A stretch of DNA of 64,000 bases from Eledone cirrhosa (lineage: Eukaryota). Under the pieces are notes generated by a model. That model had not been told where the DNA came from and ran no database searches. It saw nothing but the letters and a program-made list of their open reading frames with translations. This document shows, piece after piece, positions 1-9,600 of the stretch. The stretch spans positions 34,410,001-34,474,000 of the forward strand of contig OZ024743.1 in the NCBI GenBank assembly GCA_964016885.1, read 5' to 3'. Each line of letters begins with the position of its first letter. Position 1 is the first letter of the stretch. The position numbers and the translations under genes are program-made.

Positions 1-134
1 TCTCGCTGTCTTTTATATATATATATCTGCGATCTAACTTACTCGGTCCTCAATGTTGCCATTGACTGACCGGCGGTCAAAAATAATACAGATACAATAT
101 AGACAAACACATATATATATAGTTTACATAATTT

Positions 135-175
135 ACATAAATCTTTCGTTGCACATCTGCAACATCGTCAGTGGT
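135..175 (-). ncRNA. Minimal type I hammerhead motif in PLE-A pLTR
   Basis: CA-CUGACGA-U-GUUGCA(GAUG)UGCAAC-GAAA-GAUU-UA-UG; perfect stem II, weak stems I and III. Confidence 0.65.
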
Positions 176-442
176 GTTATATTCATTGTTCCTCCTGTTG
201 TGTTGTATGTCTACGCCATTTTTTTGTTCAGTCTGTCTATATATTTATTTATTTATTTGCTTGTTTGTTTATCTTATTTTATTTTGTCTTCTTTGCGCAT
301 GCGTTTGCGTGTGTGTATAGTGTTATGTGTGATGTGTGACTAGTGTGTATAGTGTTGTGTCTGCTGGGTGACTAGTGTGTGTTTATGTGCTTGTGTATGT
401 ATTTATTTATCTTATTTTATTTTATTTAATTTACTTATTTAT

Positions 443-3400
443 TTATACTTCTCTTAGGTCAGTGTTGTTTGTTTGGGTGTTGTTGTTGTTCCACTCATTC
501 TTTCTGTTTAGCTTTGGTCTTCTAATTTCTATTTCACTGGCCTCTCTGATTTGCCTATCTGCTGGGTCATTCCTATGTTTAGATATTATTCTAATTTCTA
601 TGTTGTCTATGTTACCGTCATGTTGTTGTCTAGCATGTTCGTATAGTACTGACCCGTTTTTTCGTCCTTTTAGTTCCCCCCAGTGTTGGTCTATCCTTTC
701 ACCTATGCTACGAGCTGTCTCACCTATGTATGTTGTTGTCGTGTTTCTGCAAGTACCCTCTGTACATCTTATGCTATAGACTACGTTTCTAGTTTTACAG
801 TTTATCCGGGGGTTCACCTTACATATGATACATTTCCTATTGGTACAGTGGGTTTTCTTAAAAGGGTAGGTTTTGCTGATCAGGGATTTTATGGTGGTTC
901 CTGGCTTTTCTACCACCTTTATTTTTAAGTGGGTCTTTCTCAGGGCCTTTCTACACTGGTTAGCTAATTTCCCTCCAGGGGTGGCGTCCACAAACATGAC
1001 ACTCTGATATCTCTGGTTGTCGTACCATGATGTGGCCTTCCCTATCTTATGTCTAGCCCTATCTAAGCTATTCCATGATTTGCTCCTGTATAGTGGGCAA
1101 ATTCCTTTCATGTCCAGTTCTATGAGGGTCTTATACTTTTCCATGGCTCCTTCGTATACTCTGACTCTGTCTCTTTGGTTGTAGCCAGAGAACTGCATGC
1201 GGTTGATGAAGTGTTGGATGTGTCCTTCCATTTCTGTTGGGTCGCACATGCTGGACACATTCTTCATCACTCGTACCAAATCTGCAATCAGAATATTAAA
1301 CTTAGCACTACTGGACATTGCTGAGTTTTTGAGTATCAGGTATTTGGAGGCCATGGGTTTAGCATAGTGTGAGTGGAGAATTTGGGCTCTCTCGTCTATA
1401 GTGTTAATCCAGAGTTCTGTGTCTAATACAGGTAGTCTATTGTTAGGGTGTTTGGAAGGGAAGTCTATAGTTACAGTTATACTCTGGTGTATGGAATTAG
1501 CTATCTGCTGGATGCTTTCCATCGTGCTACGTTCTAAATCAAACTTGTTAGTGCTCTCTAGTGGGGGTGTTCTTATAACTATATTGATATCGTCTACATA
1601 ACGAGAGTACATGATGAGGTCTATGGAGCTTTCATTAAGGAGATCTTTAAGTCTCCTTTCCCACCATACCATGAAAAGGTTGGCAACATCACCAGCTATG
1701 CTGACGCCGATGGCTGCTCCCTCATTTTGGGTGTAGATTTTCTCATTGAACTTAAATATGTGGCCCTTTAGGGTAGTTTTGATACTAGCCCCTATTGCAT
1801 GTGCGACCATTTTTCTTACCTGATCAGTGTTTTGGGGGGTCCGTATAGCTTTGGTCCACCCAATCCACCTTCCTATGGGAGTCTTTTTAGCCATTGAGGT
1901 TATGGTGGGGGGTCTACCTCTTATAGGTCTACTAGAGCAGAAACATCTAAGGTCATGGCTGTCTAGGTAGTCAGTGTCGTAGGTAAGTCTAAGTAGGAGG
2001 CCCAGTTTGTCTGTGTCGACGTCGCAGAACTCCACCTCACTCTCAATGATCATCTCCACACATCTTTTCACAGCAAAATCAATGTTAATGGATGGGTACA
2101 GTGACACCACATCCATGCTGCCTTTTATGCAGTTGGATAGGCTCCTGTTTTTGTTGCACTCACTGATTCTGCTGAGGAGGTCCTCTGTACTTTCACATAC
2201 ATCTGGGGACATCTTGATTATGGGGCGTATAACCATTGAGAGGAAGTAGGAGATCCTGTAGTTGCTAGCTATATTAGCTCCGCATACGGGTCTTGTTGGT
2301 GGTCCTGTTGTCGGGTCGTCGACTGTCTTGTGGTCTTTGCGGAGCCCATACAAGGGTGGTATGCCATTGTTAGACGCCTGGAAGTTGTTGGCAGTGCGTC
2401 TGCTTGGCTTTAGGATGTCAGTCCACATCATCATGTGAGCGTTGAGGATTTTTTCTCTCCCATCGTGTGTTAGTTGTGCAACTTCGCTCGTGTTGGTGAT
2501 GTGGGGTTGCATTGCCTCGATGTAGTTCGGCATGCTATCTATTGACATCCTACCAGACTTATCTGTGGGTAGACACACTACCTCACCATCCCTTGTGCGC
2601 TGCTTGAGGCTAACCAAGCCTTCTACAGGTTTTATCCCAAGTTGTTGGGCCTCTGGTCTGCTCTGTCTCATAGTGTACCTGTCTACTACTTGTCTAATCT
2701 TATTTCTAGCTATGGTGAACTGTGCCTCCGTCTCGTCATCTATTTGCTGTGGTATGCAAACTCTTTTATTAAAGGGTAACCTCGTAGGATAGATATTACC
2801 CATCTTATATGTTTTGTCAGCTGGGTTGAAAAATAGTTTCTCTAAGGGGTTGTCGTTATTTCTATCGTCATAGTTGTGTGTGTTGCTATTATTGTTATCA
2901 TGGTGGTTGTTGTTGTTTCTATCATTAGCATTAATATTATTATTGTTATGATTGCTAGATGTATTGTTGTTTACTTCACCGTTATTGTTGTTGTTGTTAC
3001 TGCTATTTCTACCATTGTGGTTGTTACTATTATTATGTTTCTTGTTTTTGTTGATGTTGCTACATGTACTATTTCCATTATTACCACTGTGGCTATTGTT
3101 GTTGTTGTTGTTGTTCGTATTGTTACCGTTATTACTACTGTGGTCACTGTTGCTGTGTCTGTGGTTAACGTTTCTATTATTATTATTATTGTGGTTGTTG
3201 TTGTTCTGTCTATCGCTAGTATTATTGCCATTATCACTATTTCTCACTTTCCTGCCATTGTTATGGTTATGGCTGTTATTTCTATACCCAGAGTTATTGT
3301 TTATATTACTACTACCGTTATTATTGTTGTTGTTGTTTACCTTTGCATTCCAACGTATTTTTGTGAAACACTTTTCCAGCTCCGTTTTGCATTCCATAGG

Positions 3401-3964
3401 GTTAATCTTTTTGTAGATGGCAAATTTTGGTGGTAACTTTAGGATTTGTTGTTCTTGTTCACTGATTAAAGTGTTCCCATAGATATTTACTGTGTGGTCA
3501 TTGGTAAATTCTTCCGGTAGTTTTACATCACTCATACGGATGTTGTCGATGTTATCTGGGTATTTTTGAGAATATTCGATTTTCCTTTCTTGTAGTTTTT
3601 TCTTATTCATCCATTCTAATTTCTTCTTGAAATGCCTACAGCATTCGTTTTGAGCATATTTCGTTTCGCGTCGGATGACGCTCATGAAGTCATCTCTCTC
3701 GTTTGCTGTGATGAGATTTCGGATTTCCTTACCGTTGATGCGTTTTTGTCTGTAGAGTGCGTTGACTTTTGTGTATGTTGTTCTTTTCATATTAACTGTT
3801 ATTGTGTGTTTTAGCCGTTCAGCTTGTGTTTTGTTCAATAATAAATTATTTACTTGTTTTGATATGTTTGTTGTGTATGTTTTGGAGGAAACACAGTGTT
3901 TTAAGAAGCGGATTTGTTCTGTTGTTATTGTAGTTTTTATATAACAGAGAACAGTGTCTTTCAA
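443..3964 (-). CDS. PLE polyprotein: reverse transcriptase + Cys-rich linker + GIY-YIG endonuclease (Neptune/Nematis-like layout)
   Basis: RT motifs MDVVSLYPSI, QNEGAAIGVSIAGDVANLFM, YSRYVDDINI, LPVLDTEL; CTNRKCIIC; [33 protein letters not shown]. The frame is open to 4018 and the track's start codon is TTG, so the true start is unclear. Confidence 0.93.
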   Translation of the reverse strand: MKDTVLCYIKTTITTEQIRFLKHCVSSKTYTTNISKQVNNLLLNKTQAERLKHTITVNMKRTTYTKVNALYRQKRINGKEIRNLITANERDDFMSVIRRETKYAQNECCRHFKKKLEWMNKKKLQERKIEYSQKYPDNIDNIRMSDVKLPEEFTNDHTVNIYGNTLISEQEQQILKLPPKFAIYKKINPMECKTELEKCFTKIRWNAKVNNNNNNNGSSNINNNSGYRNNSHNHNNGRKVRNSDNGNNTSDRQNNNNHNNNNNRNVNHRHSNSDHSSNNGNNTNNNNNNNSHSGNNGNSTCSNINKNKKHNNSNNHNGRNSSNNNNNNGEVNNNTSSNHNNNNINANDRNNNNHHDNNNSNTHNYDDRNNDNPLEKLFFNPADKTYKMGNIYPTRLPFNKRVCIPQQIDDETEAQFTIARNKIRQVVDRYTMRQSRPEAQQLGIKPVEGLVSLKQRTRDGEVVCLPTDKSGRMSIDSMPNYIEAMQPHITNTSEVAQLTHDGREKILNAHMMMWTDILKPSRRTANNFQASNNGIPPLYGLRKDHKTVDDPTTGPPTRPVCGANIASNYRISYFLSMVIRPIIKMSPDVCESTEDLLSRISECNKNRSLSNCIKGSMDVVSLYPSINIDFAVKRCVEMIIESEVEFCDVDTDKLGLLLRLTYDTDYLDSHDLRCFCSSRPIRGRPPTITSMAKKTPIGRWIGWTKAIRTPQNTDQVRKMVAHAIGASIKTTLKGHIFKFNEKIYTQNEGAAIGVSIAGDVANLFMVWWERRLKDLLNESSIDLIMYSRYVDDINIVIRTPPLESTNKFDLERSTMESIQQIANSIHQSITVTIDFPSKHPNNRLPVLDTELWINTIDERAQILHSHYAKPMASKYLILKNSAMSSSAKFNILIADLVRVMKNVSSMCDPTEMEGHIQHFINRMQFSGYNQRDRVRVYEGAMEKYKTLIELDMKGICPLYRSKSWNSLDRARHKIGKATSWYDNQRYQSVMFVDATPGGKLANQCRKALRKTHLKIKVVEKPGTTIKSLISKTYPFKKTHCTNRKCIICKVNPRINCKTRNVVYSIRCTEGTCRNTTTTYIGETARSIGERIDQHWGELKGRKNGSVLYEHARQQHDGNIDNIEIRIISKHRNDPADRQIREASEIEIRRPKLNRKNEWNNNNTQTNNTDLREV

Positions 3965-4185
3965 TAACCTTTCAGCTGAGCAGCAAGCACTAATGACACT
4001 AGCTGGAGGGTCATGCGACTATGCCAGAATAACACTATACACACTACGGTCAAGAACGCATGCGCAAAGAAGACAAAATAAAATAAGATAAACAAACAAG
4101 CAAATAAATAAATAAATATATAGACAGACTGAACAAAAAAAATGGCGTAGACATACAACACAACAGGAGGAACAATGAATATAAC

Positions 4186-4226
4186 ACCACTGACGATGTT
4201 GCAGATGTGCAACGAAAGATTTATGT
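4186..4226 (+). ncRNA. Hammerhead motif in the inverted PLE-A pLTR
   Basis: Same motif as 135-175, opposite strand. Confidence 0.65.
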
Positions 4227-4257
4227 AAATTATGTAAACTATATATATATGTGTTTA

Positions 4258-5167
4258 TATAGTTTACATAATTTACATAAATCTTTCGTTGCACATCTGC
4301 AACATCGTCAGTGGTGTTATATTCATTGTTCCTCCTGTTGTGTTGTATGTCTACGCCATTTTTTTTGTTCAGTCTGTCTATATATTTATTTATTTATTTG
4401 CTTGTTTGTTTATCTTATTTTATTTTGTCTTCTTTGCGCATGCGTTTGCGTGTGTGTATAGTGTTATGTGTGATGTGTGACTAGTGTGTATAGTGTTGTG
4501 TCTGCTGGGTGACTAGTGTGTGTTTATGTGCTTGTGTATGTATTTATTTATCTTATTTTATTTAATTTAATTTACTTATTTATTTATACTTCTCTTAGGT
4601 CAGTGTTGTTTGTTTGGGTGTTGTTGTTGTTCCACTCATTCTTTCTGTTTAGCTTTGGTCTTCTAATTTCTATTTCACTGGCCTCTCTGATTTGCCTATC
4701 TGCTGGGTCATTCCTATGTTTAGATATTATTCTAATTTCTATGTTGTCTATGTTACCGTCATGTTGTTGTCTAGCATGTTCGTATAGTACTGACCCGTTT
4801 TTTCGTCCTTTTAGTTCCCCCCAGTGTTGGTCTATCCTTTCACCTATGCTACGAGCTGTCTCACCTATGTATGTTGTTGTCGTGTTTCTGCAAGTACCCT
4901 CTGTACATCTTATGCTATAGACTACGTTTCTAGTTTTACAGTTTATCCGGGGGTTCACCTTACATATGATACATTTCCTATTGGTACAGTGGGTTTTCTT
5001 AAAAGGGTAGGTTTTGCTGATCAGGGATTTTATGGTGGTTCCTGGCTTTTCTACCACCTTTATTTTTAAGTGGGTCTTTCTCAGGGCCTTTCTACACTGG
5101 TTAGCTAATTTCCCTCCAGGGGTGGCGTCCACAAACATGACACTCTGATATCTCTGGTTGTCGTACC

Positions 5168-5169
<2 letters not shown>
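4258..5169 (-). mobile_element. Second, 5'-truncated PLE-A copy (GIY-YIG domain + pLTR, hammerhead at 4275-4315)
   Basis: Near-identical to ~117-1028; truncated at WYDNQRY and joined to a (TA)n tract. Confidence 0.93.
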
Positions 5170-5239
<70 letters not shown>

Positions 5240-5300
5240 GTATATATATATGTATGTATATATATATGTATATATGTATATATGTATGAATATATATATG

Positions 5301-5333
<33 letters not shown>

Positions 5334-5474
5334 GTATGTATGTATATATGTATGTATATATATATATATGTATATATGTATATATATATATGTATATATA
5401 TATGTATATATATATGTATATATATGTATATATGTATATATGTATATATGTATATATATATATATGTATATATG

Positions 5475-5509
<35 letters not shown>

Positions 5510-5518
5510 GTATATATG

Positions 5519-5549
<31 letters not shown>

Positions 5550-5676
5550 GTATATATGTATATATATATATATGTATATATGTATATATATATATGTATA
5601 TACATATATGTATATATATATATGTATATATATATGTATATATATATATATGTATATATATATATCTGTATATATG

Positions 5677-5735
<59 letters not shown>

Positions 5736-5956
5736 ATGTATATATATATATGTACATATATATGTATATGTATATATGTATATATATGTATATATGTATA
5801 TATATGTATATGTATATATGTATATGTATATATATGTATATATGTATATATTTGTATATGTATATATGTATATGTATATATATATGTATATATATATATG
5901 TATATATATGTATATGTATATATGTATATGTATATATATATATATGTATATATATG

Positions 5957-6019
<63 letters not shown>

Positions 6020-6204
6020 GTATATATATATGTATATGTATATATATATGTGTATATATATATGTATATATATATGTATATATATATGTATATGTATATA
6101 TATATGTGTATATATATATGTATATATATATGTGTATATATATATGTATATATATATGTGTATATATATATATATGTATATATATATATGTATATATATA
6201 TATG

Positions 6205-6249
<45 letters not shown>

Positions 6250-6286
6250 GTATATATGTATATATATATATATATGTATATATGTA

Positions 6287-6317
<31 letters not shown>

Positions 6318-6338
6318 ATATATATATGTATATATATA
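5170..6338. repeat. (TA)n microsatellite with TG interruptions
   Basis: Read directly from the sequence. Confidence 0.97.
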
Positions 6339-6570
6339 TAAATGTAAGTATGCATGTATACGTACATACATATATGTATACAGACGTACAGTAGCATGCA
6401 CATATATATATATATATACATATGCATACAGGTACACATACATATATGCACGTATCAGTTTAGCGGCGCTAACGTCGCTTTGTTCGTTTGTAAACAAACT
6501 GAACAGCCTGAATTTATGCCATACGGTGTTAAGGCAACCACGTCACCTTTTTGTTCAACACTGACACAGG

Positions 6571-6615
6571 AACGATGTACTAGTTTCAAGCTTGTTAGCT
6601 ATCATCAGCACCGTT
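6571..6615 (-). ncRNA. Minimal type I hammerhead ribozyme (first of 19 copies at 6571+454n, last 14743-14787)
   Basis: AACGGUG-CUGAUGA-U-AGCU(AACA)AGCU-U-GAAA-CUAG-UA/CAUCGUU: 7-bp stem I, complete core, 4-bp stem II, palindromic ACUAGU stem III, GUA cleavage triplet. Confidence 0.88.
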
Positions 6616-6643
6616 TACCCATCTGCCAGATAGTTGAACGTTC

Positions 6644-6696
6644 GAAAGTATATACTTTCCTTATGAAAATTAACGGCTGAGCAGCCTAATTTGCAT
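6644..6696 (-). promoter_or_regulatory. Candidate internal promoter in each monomer: octamer ATGCAAAT (6696-6689) and TATATA (6654-6649)
   Basis: Perfect octamer in ATATGCAAATTA context, ~35 nt before a TATATA inside the palindrome GAAAGTATATACTTTC, ~35 nt before the ribozyme; function is inferred. Confidence 0.4.
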
Positions 6697-9600
6697 ATTG
6701 AGTGAGTTAAATCGATCAGGCATACCGAAAACGATAAATTGAAACAAAATGAAAACGAAATTTCATTTCTCACTCTTAGTATGGCACTTACTTAAATGTA
6801 AGTATGCATGTATACGTACATACATATATGTATACAGACGTACAGTAGCATGCACATATATATATATATATACATATGCATACAGGTACACATACATATA
6901 TGCACGTATCAGTTTAGCGGCGCTAACGTCGCTTTGTTCGTTTGTAAACAAACTGAACAGCCTGAATTTATGCCATACGGTGTTAAGGCAACCACGTCAC
7001 CTTTTTGTTCAACACTGACACAGGAACGATGTACTAGTTTCAAGCTTGTTAGCTATCATCAGCACCGTTTACCCATCTGCCAGATAGTTGAACGTTCGAA
7101 AGTATATACTTTCCTTATGAAAATTAACGGCTGAGCAGCCTAATTTGCATATTGAGTGAGTTAAATCGGTCAGGCATACCGAAAACGATAAATTGAAACA
7201 AAATGAAAACCAAATTTCATTTCTCACTCTTAGTATGGCACTTACTTAAATGTAAGTATGCATGTATACGTACATACATATATGTATACAGACGTACAGT
7301 AGCATGCACATATATATATATATATACATATGCATACAGGTACACATACATATATGCACGTATCAGTTTAGCGGCGCTAACGTCGCTTTGTTCGTTTGTA
7401 AACAAACTGAACAGCCTGAATTTATGCCATACGGTGTTAAGGCAACCACGTCACCTTTTTGTTCAACACTGACACAGGAACGATGTACTAGTTTCAAGCT
7501 TGTTAGCTATCATCAGCACCGTTTACCCATCTGCCAGATAGTTGAACGTTCGAAAGTATATACTTTCCTTATGAAAATTAACGGCTGAGCAGCCTAATTT
7601 GCATATTGAGTGAGTTAAATCGGTCAGGCATACCGAAAACGATAAATTGAAACAAAATGAAAACGAAATTTCATTTCTCACTCTTAGTATGGCACTTACT
7701 TAAATGTAAGTATGCATGTATACGTACATACATATATGTATACAGACGTACAGTAGCATGCACATATATATATATATATACATATGCATACAGGTACACA
7801 TACATATATGCACGTATCAGTTTAGCGGCGCTAACGTCGCTTTGTTCGTTTGTAAACAAACTGAACAGCCTGAATTTATGCCATACGGTGTTAAGGCAAC
7901 CACGTCACCTTTTTGTTCAACACTGACACAGGAACGATGTACTAGTTTCAAGCTTGTTAGCTATCATCAGCACCGTTTACCCATCTGCCAGATAGTTGAA
8001 CGTTCGAAAGTATATACTTTCCTTATGAAAATTAACGGCTGAGCAGCCTAATTTGCATATTGAGTGAGTTAAATCGATCAGGCATACCGAAAACGATAAA
8101 TTGAAACAAAATGAAAACGAAATTTCATTTCTCACTCTTAGTATGGCACTTACTTAAATGTAAGTATGCATGTATACGTACATACATATATGTATACAGA
8201 CGTACAGTAGCATGCACATATATATATATATATACATATGCATACAGGTACACATACATATATGCACGTATCAGTTTAGCGGCGCTAACGTCGCTTTGTT
8301 CGTTTGTAAACAAACTGAACAGCCTGAATTTATGCCATACGGTGTTAAGGCAACCACGTCACCTTTTTGTTCAACACTGACACAGGAACGATGTACTAGT
8401 TTCAAGCTTGTTAGCTATCATCAGCACCGTTTACCCATCTGCCAGATAGTTGAACGTTCGAAAGTATATACTTTCCTTATGAAAATTAACGGCTGAGCAG
8501 CCTAATTTGCATATTGAGTGAGTTAAATCGGTCAGGCATACCGAAAACGATAAATTGAAACAAAATGAAAACGAAATTTCATTTCTCACTCTTAGTATGG
8601 CACTTACTTAAATGTAAGTATGCATGTATACGTACATACATATATGTATACAGACGTACAGTAGCATGCACATATATATATATATATACATATGCATACA
8701 GGTACACATACATATATGCACGTATCAGTTTAGCGGCGCTAACGTCGCTTTGTTCGTTTGTAAACAAACTGAACAGCCTGAATTTATGCCATACGGTGTT
8801 AAGGCAACCACGTCACCTTTTTGTTCAACACTGACACAGGAACGATGTACTAGTTTCAAGCTTGTTAGCTATCATCAGCACCGTTTACCCATCTGCCAGA
8901 TAGTTGAACGTTCGAAAGTATATACTTTCCTTATGAAAATTAACGGCTGAGCAGCCTAATTTGCATATTGAGTGAGTTAAATCGGTCAGGCATACCGAAA
9001 ACGATAAATTGAAACAAAATGAAAACGAAATTTCATTTCTCACTCTTAGTATGGCACTTACTTAAATGTAAGTATGCATGTATACGTACATACATATATG
9101 TATACAGACGTACAGTAGCATGCACATATATATATATATATACATATGCATACAGGTACACATACATATATGCACGTATCAGTTTAGCGGCGCTAACGTC
9201 GCTTTGTTCGTTTGTAAACAAACTGAACAGCCTGAATTTATGCCATACGGTGTTAAGGCAACCACGTCACCTTTTTGTTCAACACTGACACAGGAACGAT
9301 GTACTAGTTTCAAGCTTGTTAGCTATCATCAGCACCGTTTACCCATCTGCCAGATAGTTGAACGTTCGAAAGTATATACTTTCCTTATGAAAATTAACGG
9401 CTGAGCAGCCTAATTTGCATATTGAGTGAGTTAAATCGGTCAGGCATACCGAAAACGATAAATTGAAACAAAATGAAAACGAAATTTCATTTCTCACTCT
9501 TAGTATGGCACTTACTTAAATGTAAGTATGCATGTATACGTACATACATATATGTATACAGACGTACAGTAGCATGCACATATATATATATATATACATA

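Larger units (their letters stand above)
14..4257 (-). mobile_element. Penelope-like element (PLE) family A, near full length: 3' pLTR/tail (~14-442), ORF, and inverted pLTR arm (4031-4257)
   Basis: RT + C-terminal GIY-YIG ORF; 4055-4257 is the reverse complement of ~105-305; hammerhead motif in the pLTR; the 3' end abuts a short (TA)n. Confidence 0.95.

Noticed and set aside
2876-3436. Hydrophobic Leu/Val-rich ORFs (also 51272-51657)
   Set aside because: Antisense shadows of Asn-rich coding tracts
5170-6338. Irregular (TA)nTG tracts as telomerase-like products of the PLE RT
   Set aside because: Tracts on both sides of the inverted-arm insertion have the same TG polarity, which fits a pre-existing target split by insertion; synthesis from each arm would predict opposite polarity
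4584-6564. Long YIYI/IYIH ORFs here and at 15349-15930, 22187-23573, 27305-28339, 29486-32680, 61798-62117
   Set aside because: (TA)n tracts lack stop codons; the 637-aa 'fusion' is a read-through from the satellite into the truncated PLE
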